Assembly: GCA_035549255.1 (NCBI GenBank)
Contig: DASZRD010000004.1
Location: 72,667-136,666, forward strand
Reading direction: 5' to 3'
DNA from: Minisyncoccota bacterium
GTDB lineage: Bacteria; Patescibacteriota; Minisyncoccia; Phycocordibacterales; SBAW01
DNA length: 64,000 nucleotides
Both the position numbers and the translations under genes were made by a program. The notes below the pieces were generated by a model, which had not been told where the DNA came from, made no database searches, and saw nothing but the letters and a program-made list of their open reading frames with translations. Within the stretch, counting starts at the first letter, position 1; the number at the start of each line of letters is the position of its first letter. Shown here piece after piece: positions 24,624 to 34,238 of the stretch.

Positions 24624-24914
24624 CTAGATCGGCGAGAACGGATTCCTGCGGCCGACGCTCTCGGTCGGTATAGCGACGCTGTAGTCGGAGAGCGCGGTAA
24701 ACGTTGGGTCGCTGAAGATCGACGGATCGAGCTTGATCGTATTGAGGCTCGAAAGCGTCGAGAGCACGTCCGGCGAGAGTGGCGAGGTTGGCGATGCGGC
24801 TGTGAGAAGCGAGGAGGAGCCGCTGCCGCCGAAGAACGAGAAGTACGCCCACACCCCCAGAAGCAGGATGGCGATGATGCCGATATAGAGCTTGTTGTCT
24901 TTGATGAATTGCAT
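24624..24914 (-). CDS. Small membrane-anchored pilus-biogenesis protein, PilP-like
   Basis: It has an N-terminal TM helix, a Ser/Thr-rich linker and a C-terminal GRRNPF motif reminiscent of the PilP RDPF motif. It lies between pilO and pilB. Confidence 0.45.
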   Translation of the reverse strand: MQFIKDNKLYIGIIAILLLGVWAYFSFFGGSGSSSLLTAASPTSPLSPDVLSTLSSLNTIKLDPSIFSDPTFTALSDYSVAIPTESVGRRNPFSPI

Positions 24915-24920
24915 ACGCGG

Positions 24921-25475
24921 TTAATGGAGCCAGTAGGTCCTGATCGTCATCGAATAGTCGTTGTTGCCGCCCTTGGGGTCGGCCGTGAAGTCGATCTTCT
25001 CCACGTCGATAATGCGCAGGCTGTGTTCAAGATCCTGCAGGAACGCGAGGAAATCATCGTAGGATGCGTTCACTGCGAAACCGAGCGTAACCGAGCCGAC
25101 CAGGTCTCCGGCATTGCCGGCTGTAAGCGCGGTCGAGGCGCCGGACGAGCCCGAGATGGTGCCGAGCTGTACGTCCTTGAGCGAGAGGCCGTGGCGCGCC
25201 GCGATGTTATTGATGTCGATAATGAGGTGGATATTATCGACATTGTCCGGGAGCACGTCCTCGAGCTTGCTCTTCTCGTCCGCCGAGAAGGTGTTGAAGG
25301 CGGCGACCTTCTGGTCACGGATCGTGCGCAGCTGCTGGGATTTGTTAAGCGCATCGTCATACGTAGCCACCTCCGTCTGGATACTCTTGGTGCCCTCATA
25401 CCAAGGATTGGTAAACCCTATGAAAAGGCCGACAGCTGCCACTACTAATACGATGGGTACGATAAGTCCTCTCAT
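24921..25475 (-). CDS. pilO: PilO-like inner-membrane pilus assembly protein
   Basis: It is a single-TM bitopic protein with a coiled-coil segment. Its position after pilN is the main argument. Confidence 0.65.
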   Translation of the reverse strand: MRGLIVPIVLVVAAVGLFIGFTNPWYEGTKSIQTEVATYDDALNKSQQLRTIRDQKVAAFNTFSADEKSKLEDVLPDNVDNIHLIIDINNIAARHGLSLKDVQLGTISGSSGASTALTAGNAGDLVGSVTLGFAVNASYDDFLAFLQDLEHSLRIIDVEKIDFTADPKGGNNDYSMTIRTYWLH

Positions 25476-26125
25476 GGCGTTGTAGTTGCGGTGCTGGTGC
25501 TCGAGGCGCCCGCGTCTCCAGGGGGAAGCGTCTGCTGGGTGAGATTCTTGCTGAAGAGGATGAGCGAAGGATCGACGTCCGCAGTCACCTTGAAGGAGAC
25601 CGTGCCGTCGGTATTGACGGCGATATCGGAGAAGATGACGTCCTTGAGCATCTTGCTGCCGCCGAACTGGTCGCTCTGGAGCGCAACGGTCGAGAAGCTG
25701 TCGGCAATGCCGCTGAGTGAGATCGACGGCGTGCCGTCGGCGCCTATCGAGTAGCTGAAGTCCGTGAGCTGCACCTTGGCAAGCGTCTGCTGCGCCAGGA
25801 AGAAGAAGATAGTAGACGGCTCGAGGTGCTTCTGCAGAATGACGCGTGCCTGCTGGATGCGCGTGTCAAACCGCACGAGCGCCTGAATGGTCGGCAAGTC
25901 GTAGGAATCTTGGTACTTCTGGAGCGAAGCCTTTTTGGAATTAAGCGAGCTCTGCAAATAGCCGCTGTAGAGGAAGGCAGCGGCAGCAGCGACGATAGAC
26001 GCGATGAATATAAGGAGGGCGACGATGAAGATCAGGCTCGCAGCACCTCCGTGGCCGCCGCGTGCGTCGTTGAGAGGTTTCTTCGGTATGAAAGAGGCCT
26101 GAACTGAAGGGTCCATTAGATTCAA
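25472..26125 (-). CDS. pilN: PilN-like inner-membrane pilus assembly protein
   Basis: A cytoplasmic N-terminal tail is followed by one TM helix and a periplasmic domain. The start overlaps pilO, and it follows pilM. Confidence 0.65.
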   Translation of the reverse strand: MNLMDPSVQASFIPKKPLNDARGGHGGAASLIFIVALLIFIASIVAAAAAFLYSGYLQSSLNSKKASLQKYQDSYDLPTIQALVRFDTRIQQARVILQKHLEPSTIFFFLAQQTLAKVQLTDFSYSIGADGTPSISLSGIADSFSTVALQSDQFGGSKMLKDVIFSDIAVNTDGTVSFKVTADVDPSLILFSKNLTQQTLPPGDAGASSTSTATTTP

Positions 26126-26164
26126 GTATACCGCCTAAAAATTGCTATATGTTCTCTATCAACA

Positions 26165-27268
26165 CTAGCCGACTTCCTGGAGCCGACGAAGTGCCAAGCC
26201 GACCGCGACCGCGAACTCCGGCCCCGCCTCCTTTAATATGCCTTCGAGGAACGCGGGCGCCTGCGCCTTGCTGAAGGGGTCGGCGAGGCGGATCTCGTTC
26301 TGGATCTTAGTCTGGGCGAATTGTTTGAAGCCCTTGAGCCCCGCCCCACCACCGGTTACGACCAGGTTCCCCAGCGTCTGGTTGGTGCGCTGCTCGTAAC
26401 CCACGACCGTGCGCGAGAGCTCCGACATGAGGGGCCCGAGGGAGAGCTGGAGCGACTGCACCAGGTTCTGGGTCTGGTCGTTCATCTGCTCCGGGCCCGG
26501 CATGAGGCCCACCTTGCGCTTGAGTTCCTCGGCCTGCGCGACCGTGACCCCGAGCGCGCGTGAAGCGGCCAGGGTGAGGTCCTGGCTGCCGTGGTTGATG
26601 ATGTGGCTCTCGTGGATGAGGCCGCGCTCGACCACGTAGAACTTGGTGGTCGCAGCGCCCATATCAATCACAGCCACGGGGGCAAGCCCGTGGTCGAGCG
26701 CAGCGCGCACGGCGCTGAAGACCTCGATCTCGAAGAATGCGACCGCAAGCGAGGCGTCGCTCGCGATCGAGCGGAACTTGGCGATCGTATCGTTGTGGAT
26801 CGCGACAAGGAGCACGTCGATCTTGCCCGGCTCGCTGCTTTTCGTTCCCGACGACCCGCCCGAGACGACGAACCAGTCGAGCAGCACTTCGTTGATGGGA
26901 ACCGGGATATACTTGCGTGCCTCGATCGGCACCACCTGGGCGAGCTGCTTCTCTACAGTCGCCGGAAGCTTAATGATAGATATGAGGCTCGATGAGTACG
27001 GGATCGAGACCGCGGCGTCCTGCGTCGTCACATTGGCCTCGCGGATGACATCTTTGAGCGCTTCTGCTATCTTCTCCGCCGGGAGCGAGGTCGCCCTGCC
27101 GATCTCGACTCCCGCGTAGGGGCCCAGCGCGATGGCGCCATAGGTCTCCAGCAGCACTCTGCCCTTCTCGCGCCTGAGCTGCACCACCTTTATGGAGGAC
27201 GTGCCGATATCGACGCCCAGCACGCTCTTGGATTCCTGCGAGAATAACTTCGAAAACGAGAAGTCCAT
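26165..27268 (-). CDS. pilM: PilM, actin-like ATPase of the T4P inner-membrane subcomplex
   Basis: It has an ASKHA fold with the motif LGVDIGTSSIKVVQL. The start was trimmed to MDFSFSKLF. Confidence 0.85.
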   Translation of the reverse strand: MDFSFSKLFSQESKSVLGVDIGTSSIKVVQLRREKGRVLLETYGAIALGPYAGVEIGRATSLPAEKIAEALKDVIREANVTTQDAAVSIPYSSSLISIIKLPATVEKQLAQVVPIEARKYIPVPINEVLLDWFVVSGGSSGTKSSEPGKIDVLLVAIHNDTIAKFRSIASDASLAVAFFEIEVFSAVRAALDHGLAPVAVIDMGAATTKFYVVERGLIHESHIINHGSQDLTLAASRALGVTVAQAEELKRKVGLMPGPEQMNDQTQNLVQSLQLSLGPLMSELSRTVVGYEQRTNQTLGNLVVTGGGAGLKGFKQFAQTKIQNEIRLADPFSKAQAPAFLEGILKEAGPEFAVAVGLALRRLQEVG

Positions 27269-27304
27269 TTCCCCAAGTATACCACTGCCTGCACGCGACA
27301 TACT

Positions 27305-27907
27305 ATGATTTCTTCACTTTTCTCGCATCTCCTGCGCGCAATCATTCCGATGCGCCGCACCGAAGCGCTCGTCGACGCGCTTACGACAGCGGACCTCGAG
27401 CGCTTGCGCGCGAGCGACGGGCTCCCCTACCGAAATACAAGCGTGTGTGCACTTATCTGGGAACTCAAGTACAACAAAAATCCGCAAGCGCTTGCGCTTG
27501 CGGGAGAATTTATTGCCGAAGAGCTGCTCGGCATCGCCGCGGAAGAAATCGGCACGCCGCTCCTCATACCGGTGCCGATGCATGCCAAGCGCCGGCGCGA
27601 GCGCGGCCACAACCAGACCGAGTCTTTATGCAAAGCCGCGCTCGCGCATCTGGGCACCACATACGAGTACGCGCCGGAGGCACTCGCGCGCATGCGCGAG
27701 ACCGTACGCCAGCAGGGGCTCCCGCGCCGCAAGCGGCTTACCAACGTCGAGCGGTCGATGGAAGTGATCGATGCCGAGAAGGTGCGCGGGCGCGTCTGCA
27801 TCGTCGTCGACGACGTCTCGACCACGGGCGCGACGTTAGCCGAGGCGGCTCGAGCTTTGCGCAAAGCGAAAGCGCGGCGGGTGTATACCGTCGCGCTTGC
27901 TCGCTAA
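27305..27907 (+). CDS. comFC: ComF-family phosphoribosyltransferase-domain protein (ComFC-like)
   Basis: The C-terminal type-I PRTase motif RVCIVVDDVSTTGATLAEAA is present. It is divergent from pilM. The start could instead be the Met at ~27350. Confidence 0.7.
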   Translation: MISSLFSHLLRAIIPMRRTEALVDALTTADLERLRASDGLPYRNTSVCALIWELKYNKNPQALALAGEFIAEELLGIAAEEIGTPLLIPVPMHAKRRRERGHNQTESLCKAALAHLGTTYEYAPEALARMRETVRQQGLPRRKRLTNVERSMEVIDAEKVRGRVCIVVDDVSTTGATLAEAARALRKAKARRVYTVALAR

Positions 27908-27920
27908 CGTATTCCGGCTT

Positions 27921-28676
27921 TTAGAAGAAGCCGAAGAGGCTGTGGACGAACCCGCCGATGAGGCCCATGAACCCGCCGATCGGGTTGCCGTGCGCGGCGG
28001 CGCCGCTCGAGCTGGGTGCCCCGCCCTGGTCGATGACCGATGAGGCGGCGACGGCATTGCCGTTCACCGTACCCTGTACGAGCAGGTTGTCGCCGACCGC
28101 GACGTTGGAGATTGTCGCGGATGAGGCGCCCTTCTTGGTTATGGTCGCGCTCGACGCATCGATCGTGTACGTTACGTTGCTCTTGTTGGTGATCGTTATG
28201 GTCGAGCCGCTTACCGCCGTGACGCTGCCGCCGACGACTGGCTCGCCGTTGCCCGCGATCGCAGGCGTCGTTGTTGCGTGCTTCATGCCGTTTGCTGGGC
28301 GCATGCCCATCTTCATAAATCCGTCGCGGATCGTCTTGGCCGCGACCGACGTGCCGCTCACCGTCCCCTGCACCACGACCGCGTCATTGACTGCGATTGC
28401 GGAGAGGGTCGAGGTCGCGCCGTCTTTGAGGACCGTGGCGCCGGAGGCGTCGACCGTGTAGGTGGTCGTTGCGGTATTCTTGCCGAAGCCGCGCGCCTCA
28501 AGCGTAAGCGAGGTCGCGCCGACACTTGATACGATGCCGAAGACGCCCGGCATCATGCGGCCTTGCATGCCGCCCCACATAGGGTGCGAAGGGGTCTGCG
28601 CGAAGGCGGGCGCCGCCATGAGGAGGGAGCCGAGCACCGCACCCGAGGTAATAAGGGAACCAAGCTTATATTTCAT
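27921..28676 (-). CDS. Secreted protein with two tandem ~90-aa beta-rich repeats (DUF5666-like)
   Basis: It has a signal peptide and two repeats (TYTVDASGATVLKDGATSTLSAIAVNDAVVVQGTVSG and TYTIDASSATITKKGASSATISNVAVGDNLLVQGTVNG). Confidence 0.6.
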   Translation of the reverse strand: MKYKLGSLITSGAVLGSLLMAAPAFAQTPSHPMWGGMQGRMMPGVFGIVSSVGATSLTLEARGFGKNTATTTYTVDASGATVLKDGATSTLSAIAVNDAVVVQGTVSGTSVAAKTIRDGFMKMGMRPANGMKHATTTPAIAGNGEPVVGGSVTAVSGSTITITNKSNVTYTIDASSATITKKGASSATISNVAVGDNLLVQGTVNGNAVAASSVIDQGGAPSSSGAAAHGNPIGGFMGLIGGFVHSLFGFF

Positions 28677-28746
28677 ATATAGTCAGGAACGCTGGTAAAC
28701 GAACCTTGCCTGAACATATACGGAAGACGGGCAAGGAGCGGTGCGC

Positions 28747-30402
28747 TTACGCGCTGTCTTCATCGATGAGCCCGAGCTTGATAAGCCTTGCCCGTATGGC
28801 GCCTCGCTGACGGCCGAAACGGGTCGAGAGCTCCTTTTGGGAAGCGTTTGAGAGAAAAAGCTCCTTGAGCGACTCGTCCTCCTCCCTGCTCCAAGGGCGG
28901 TACGCGTTGGGATGCTTCTGGCGCAGGAGGTCGAGCTTGGAAAGCGGCGCCTCCTGCGGAACTTTCGCGACGGGCTCGACCGAGCCGCCGCATGCTTTGA
29001 CGAAATTCTTCTGCATGGCGGAGAGCTCCTGCTCGGGCAAGGCGAAGAAGGCCCGGCGCGCGGCGTCAGACGCCGCGCGCAGTTCGCGGTCTTTCTCTAT
29101 GATCTCGGGATGCACTTCAAGCGCGCGTTCATTGAGCCCCGCAAGTGAAAGGCCATTTAACGTGCGCACGCGAGAGAGCGCGACGTATCCCTGCCCGTAT
29201 TCAAAAGCATTCGAGAGGTCCATATGCGCAGCATCGAGCGACATCCCCTGGCTTTTATGCACAGTCATCGCCCACGCGAGCCTAAGCGGCAGCTGCGTAA
29301 TCTGCGCGAGCACCCGCCCCTGGTCGATAATCTGCCATTCGACCGGCTCTACTACCAGACTTCTGCCGCTGTTCGTTCGCACAACCGGATACCCGGTCTG
29401 CGCGAAGCCAGTCACGATGCCGAGCGTGCCATTGACATACGAGCGTCCTGCGAAATCATTCTTGGTGAACATGACGCGCGCGCCGACCTTGAGCGAAAGC
29501 ATCTCGGGCGAGAGGCAGCCGCGCTTGAGCCCCTCAATCAATCGCTCCGATCCATGGCTCGTCATGGAGAAGACCCGCGTAGGCTCGCCGATCTTCGCGA
29601 GCTCCTGATCATTAATCGTATTGACGTCCGCATTATGCGAGAAAAGCTGCGTAATCCCCGCCTCAGCCCTGGCCTTGCGACGGCCGGCGAGCATCTCGCG
29701 GTGCGTGTCGTCGATATCGCCGCTGCGTATGGCGCCGAGGATTTGGAGGAAGTCGTCGTCTTCTTGGCGATGCTGCTCTTCGAGGTAACAAACGATTGGA
29801 TTAAGCGACTTCCACGCGGAAGAACTAAAAGCAAATTGTGTGGAAAGGTTGGAAACAGAGCCTCTGACCTCGGACTCCCTTCGCTCATGCTCGACAACCG
29901 GCTCTATTTCCAACCCCTTAGACCCGCCAAACAAATCTACCTCTTCCTTACTATCCTCACGCGAGACAACCGGCGGCAGCTGGAAGAAATCTCCGACGAG
30001 GAGTACCTGCAGCCCGCCGAAGGGCTGATGGTTCTCCCGCACTTCCCTGCATACCGCCTCGACCATACTGAAGGTCGCAGCCGAGAGCATCGAGATCTCA
30101 TCAATTATTAAAATTTTCGCGCTGCGCACGCGGTTCGCCACCTTCTCGTTCTGCGCGATGCGGTCGAGGTCGTAGGATGAGAGATGCTTCTTGATGCCGA
30201 TGCCGCTCCACGAGTGGATCGTATAGCCTCCGATGTGGGTCGCCGCGATGCCGGTCGAAGCCGTGATCGAGGGCTCGATACCATGCGAATGCAGCCATGC
30301 GACATACGCATTGACCGTATACGTCTTGCCGCTGCCCGGCTCGCCGGTGAGGAACACGTTCGCGCCGGTCTTCAGTATCGCGAGCGCCTCATCTTGAGTC
30401 AT
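28747..30402 (-). CDS. PIF1/RecD-like superfamily-1 DNA helicase
   Basis: Walker A GEPGSGKT, Walker B LIIDEISM, a Pif1-like LLVGDFFQLPPV motif and a C-terminal HTH-like tail are present. Confidence 0.75.
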   Translation of the reverse strand: MTQDEALAILKTGANVFLTGEPGSGKTYTVNAYVAWLHSHGIEPSITASTGIAATHIGGYTIHSWSGIGIKKHLSSYDLDRIAQNEKVANRVRSAKILIIDEISMLSAATFSMVEAVCREVRENHQPFGGLQVLLVGDFFQLPPVVSREDSKEEVDLFGGSKGLEIEPVVEHERRESEVRGSVSNLSTQFAFSSSAWKSLNPIVCYLEEQHRQEDDDFLQILGAIRSGDIDDTHREMLAGRRKARAEAGITQLFSHNADVNTINDQELAKIGEPTRVFSMTSHGSERLIEGLKRGCLSPEMLSLKVGARVMFTKNDFAGRSYVNGTLGIVTGFAQTGYPVVRTNSGRSLVVEPVEWQIIDQGRVLAQITQLPLRLAWAMTVHKSQGMSLDAAHMDLSNAFEYGQGYVALSRVRTLNGLSLAGLNERALEVHPEIIEKDRELRAASDAARRAFFALPEQELSAMQKNFVKACGGSVEPVAKVPQEAPLSKLDLLRQKHPNAYRPWSREEDESLKELFLSNASQKELSTRFGRQRGAIRARLIKLGLIDEDSA

Positions 30403-30427
30403 GGAGGGATTGTAGCTGCAAATACAC

Positions 30428-31573
30428 TCACTTCCAAACAGAAGCGGCGCGGAGCACTACCTCGCATAATCGTTTATAGATAACGTCTTCGGAGAGCGCT
30501 TCTCGCAGGCGCTGTCGCTCGTCATCACTGATCCCCCGCGCAATAATCGCTTTTACCAGCGCAAAAACGTCGTCAGGCGAGGTGAAATCCGCTATCAGGC
30601 GCTCGAGGCCGACCCGTTGAAACACTTCGGCGACACCAGTGTTGCGGCCCGTGAGAGCGGGCGTGCCTGCTGCGACCGCCTCAGCTGCGACATTGCCGAA
30701 CGTCTCAAACAGCGACGGGCACATCACGGCACCGCATGACGCGTAGAAAGCGGCGAGGTCCGCCGTATCGCGCGGCGGCAAAAACGACAGGTGCGGCTTG
30801 GCGATCGCCGCCTCCTGAGCCGGCAAAAGGTCGGAGATCAGGCGCAGGCGGTACGGCTCGTCGAGCGCCTCGTTACGTTCGAATAACGCCTCGAGAAATT
30901 CTGTATTCTTTACCGGCTCCCAGCGCAGGACAAAACCGAGTGCCTGCGGCTCGCGCGTGCTCGCCTGGTTAAAGAAAATATCCGGAACGCTATTAGGAAT
31001 AATATGCGTCTGCCGGCTGGATATCGGGAACGATCGAGCCGCTTGAACGCGCGCTAGTTCAGACGGAAATATACACGGGCCATCATCGGCGAAGTCGCTT
31101 TCTATGGCGCGCGCAAGCTGTCGTGCCGACGCGTTGGCGCCTACGCTCTCCTGTTCCGCCGAGCCATGATAGTGCAAGATCGCGGGTATACCCAACGCGC
31201 GGGCGGCCATGAGGAGGCACCATGGGCGGAAATACGTGCCGTTGATAAGGACCACGTCGGGCTGGATCTCTTCCAACTTGCGAATGTACGCCTCAGTAAG
31301 CGGAGCCATCGCGCGGCGCATGTCTTCGAGCGTGCGGCTCTGCGCAAGCGCGCGCTTGTAGAAATTGGGGGACATGCGTGCCGACCAGCCGACGGTTCCT
31401 TCAACCTCATAGGGTTCCCAGGAAACGGACAAGGGGCCGTCGGCGACGCTGCCGATGGCGAGCGGAATTATCTCGATGGGAGTCCCTGAACGCCGCACAT
31501 ACGATGCAAATTGGGAAAACACGCGGCCAAGCCCCCCGACCTTCTTCATTTGCACATTCGTTACTATCTTCAT
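30428..31573 (-). CDS. Glycosyltransferase family 1/4
   Basis: It has a GT-B fold. The start was trimmed to MKIVTNV, which has a GGGGAGG Shine-Dalgarno sequence upstream. Confidence 0.7.
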   Translation of the reverse strand: MKIVTNVQMKKVGGLGRVFSQFASYVRRSGTPIEIIPLAIGSVADGPLSVSWEPYEVEGTVGWSARMSPNFYKRALAQSRTLEDMRRAMAPLTEAYIRKLEEIQPDVVLINGTYFRPWCLLMAARALGIPAILHYHGSAEQESVGANASARQLARAIESDFADDGPCIFPSELARVQAARSFPISSRQTHIIPNSVPDIFFNQASTREPQALGFVLRWEPVKNTEFLEALFERNEALDEPYRLRLISDLLPAQEAAIAKPHLSFLPPRDTADLAAFYASCGAVMCPSLFETFGNVAAEAVAAGTPALTGRNTGVAEVFQRVGLERLIADFTSPDDVFALVKAIIARGISDDERQRLREALSEDVIYKRLCEVVLRAASVWK

Positions 31574-31583
31574 AGTGCCTCCC

Positions 31584-33806
31584 CTATGATGCGGCGGCTT
31601 GGGCAAGCGTCTTGATAAGTTCCATCGCCCAGCGGTACACGTTGTAATTGCTGACGATACCGCGCAGCGCTCGCATCCGCCGATATTGTTCTGACAGAGG
31701 CATCTCAAGCGCGTGCTTAAGCGCGGCGGCGATTTCCTCGGGAGAATACGGGTTGATGATGAGCGCCGAGGTCAGCTCGCGCGCCGCGCCGGTGAACGCG
31801 CTCAATATGAGCACGCCGGAAGATTCATGCTCGGCGATATACTCCTTTGCCACCAGGTTCATGCCGTCATGCAGCGAGGTAACGAGGCAAACCTGTGCGG
31901 CGCGGTACAACGGACGCAGTTCTTGATGCGAGAGATGTCTGCGCACGAAGACGATGGGCTTCCATGACGCGGACTGCAGACTTTCGTTGATGCGCTCGAC
32001 CTCCTGCTCCACCTCGACACCATATTGCCGGTACCTCTGAACGGCCTCGCGGCTCGGCGCGGCGATTTGCACGAACGTGAGCCGTTTGCGGTACTCCGGG
32101 TACAAGATGAAGAACTGCTCAATGCCGCGCAAGCGCTCAACGATCCCCTTCGTATAGTCGAGCCGGTCGACGCCCAGCGCGACAAGATCGGTCCGCACGC
32201 CGTACTCCGCAAATGGCTTCTCTGCAGGCGCAGCCTGCTTGGGCGCGTTGTTGCTATTGGTGAAAGGGATCGATATGGGGAACGGCTTCACGTACGAGGT
32301 ATGACCCCCGCTGGTAATGGAGAAATGTTCGAAGTCTATCTTGGATTCGATCTCCTTGCCGACCGTCTCAAGGAAGAGGTTGCAATGCTGCTGGACATGG
32401 AAGCCTATGAGGTCGGCTCCGAGCATGCCTTCGAGAATTTCCTTCCGCCACGGGCAGATGCTGAATTGCTCCGCCGTCGGCCAGGGATGATGCCAGAAGA
32501 GCGCGACCTGCGCATCGGGGCGGCTGCGCTTGATGATGCGCGGTACAAGCGCGAAATGCAGGTCCTGCACGAGCACGAGCGGCTGCTCGATATGGCGGAT
32601 TTCGGCAAGGAGCGCCTCAGCAAATTTCGCATTGACGCGACGATATGCCGCCCAATCCGCAGGCCTGAAGACAGGACGCGTATGCGTCATGAGACATAGC
32701 GGGAAGAGCGCCTCATTAGAGAAGCCGACATAATGGCCTTGCACCTCTTCGTCGGTGAGCCATATCCTCTTGAGCGCGTAGCGCGGCTCTTCCGGCGGCA
32801 CCATGATCGTATCGTTCTCATCAACGACGGTCCGGTCAGCATCGCCGCTGCCATACGCGATCCACATTCCCCCGCAGGCCTGCATAAGCGCGTCGATGGC
32901 GGTCACCATGCCGTGGGCGGGCACGCTATATGCCACGCCCTTTTTCGTCTTCTTGTGCACGTACGGCTCCCGGTTGGACACGATAAAGATCTGCTTGTTC
33001 TTGAAATATGCCTTCATAAACTCCTGCAAGCGCTGCGCCGTCCATGGCGAATCGAGCTTTTCGAGGCGCATGCGGGCTTCCTCGCTCGCGCTGTAGCGCG
33101 CTTGCCGGAGGCTCTTGTTCACTTTAAAAAGCTCCGCGGTGACGGGCGCGAATATCCCTCTCTGATCGAATGCTTCTTCCTGCATCTCGCCGCGCCGTAT
33201 CGCCCCGAGCGCGGTGGTGACGCGCGCCAGCGAGCTGCGGAACACGAACCTGAACAAGAGCACAAGCATGCCGCCCAGCACGAGCATGACGGCAAGTATC
33301 TTTTCGATATTGGTCTCCCAGATATACGCGACACTGTCGTCGATATATTGCGCGTTCTGTGCCACCAGGAGTGCGCCGATCACGTTTGAATTCGCATCAG
33401 CGAGGGGCGATATATAGACATAGGTCGTGCTGGTCGCGACACGCGTGACCACGCCGACCGAAACGGCGCTGTCCATTACGCCGCTTACTGAGGACGTGCT
33501 TACGAGACCGGGGACGAACGCAACCGAGCGGGCTACGATCGCGCCGGTGTTATCGTATACGGCAATGCCTGCAATGCGCTCATTCTCTGCGATATGATTT
33601 ATGGTTTTCTGGACGCTTGTCGTCGCCTGTTGCTCAAACGACGGCTTGATCGACTCTTCGAGGCTGTCGGAGAGAACGCGGGTTCGGTATTGCAGATCCG
33701 AAACGAGATCCGCCCGTTCGCTCGTTGCCTGCGTGTAGGCGAACGCAAGGAGCAGCACCATAAGTGCGGCAAACCCGCTGCCCGCAATGAGATACATTCG
33801 TTGCAT
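31584..33806 (-). CDS. Membrane sensor (2 TM, Cache-like periplasmic domain, HAMP-like linker) fused to trehalose-6-phosphate synthase (GT20, OtsA-like)
   Basis: The C-terminal ~470 aa contain OtsA motifs (VERLDYTKGI, LHDGMNLVAKEY). The N-terminal ~330 aa have TM1, a periplasmic domain, TM2 and an amphipathic HAMP-like segment. The start was set at MQRMYLIAG. Confidence 0.85.
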   Translation of the reverse strand: MQRMYLIAGSGFAALMVLLLAFAYTQATSERADLVSDLQYRTRVLSDSLEESIKPSFEQQATTSVQKTINHIAENERIAGIAVYDNTGAIVARSVAFVPGLVSTSSVSGVMDSAVSVGVVTRVATSTTYVYISPLADANSNVIGALLVAQNAQYIDDSVAYIWETNIEKILAVMLVLGGMLVLLFRFVFRSSLARVTTALGAIRRGEMQEEAFDQRGIFAPVTAELFKVNKSLRQARYSASEEARMRLEKLDSPWTAQRLQEFMKAYFKNKQIFIVSNREPYVHKKTKKGVAYSVPAHGMVTAIDALMQACGGMWIAYGSGDADRTVVDENDTIMVPPEEPRYALKRIWLTDEEVQGHYVGFSNEALFPLCLMTHTRPVFRPADWAAYRRVNAKFAEALLAEIRHIEQPLVLVQDLHFALVPRIIKRSRPDAQVALFWHHPWPTAEQFSICPWRKEILEGMLGADLIGFHVQQHCNLFLETVGKEIESKIDFEHFSITSGGHTSYVKPFPISIPFTNSNNAPKQAAPAEKPFAEYGVRTDLVALGVDRLDYTKGIVERLRGIEQFFILYPEYRKRLTFVQIAAPSREAVQRYRQYGVEVEQEVERINESLQSASWKPIVFVRRHLSHQELRPLYRAAQVCLVTSLHDGMNLVAKEYIAEHESSGVLILSAFTGAARELTSALIINPYSPEEIAAALKHALEMPLSEQYRRMRALRGIVSNYNVYRWAMELIKTLAQAAAS

Positions 33807-33870
33807 AGGGTATTCTATCCGTTGTACTACAACGGAACTAGAAAAACAAAAGCCCGCGCTGATCGCGAGA

Positions 33871-34185
33871 TCAGCTCTCGATATCCTTTTTCTTCTCGTC
33901 GAATTCGGCTTTGGTGATCTCCCCCTTGGCGTAGCGCTCCTTGAGGACATCGAGTGCGGAGTTGTGCATCCACGGGTGGTGATACGGCCCACCCATCATC
34001 CACGGCCCGCGGCGATGCCAGCCGAACGCCCATCGAACGATCCACACGATCACAATAATAAGGACGACCCACGAGAGTATCGAGAGAAATGCTCCCGGCC
34101 CCGGGTAGGGGCCGTATGTATATCCCCACATCATGGTTCTAGTATAGCATTTTAGTGCTAAAAACATAGATATATATATCGACAA
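33871..34185 (-). CDS. SHOCT-domain small membrane protein
   Basis: The C-terminal segment ALDVLKERYAKGEITKAEFDEKKKDI is SHOCT-like. It has one TM helix and a Gly/Pro/Trp-rich segment. The start may be the internal Met at 34134. Confidence 0.55.
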   Translation of the reverse strand: MSIYISMFLALKCYTRTMMWGYTYGPYPGPGAFLSILSWVVLIIVIVWIVRWAFGWHRRGPWMMGGPYHHPWMHNSALDVLKERYAKGEITKAEFDEKKKDIES

Positions 34186-34238
34186 ATTAAATAAATAATA
34201 GTAATTTCTAATCCAGAAGTAACCAAGAGGAGTCCACT

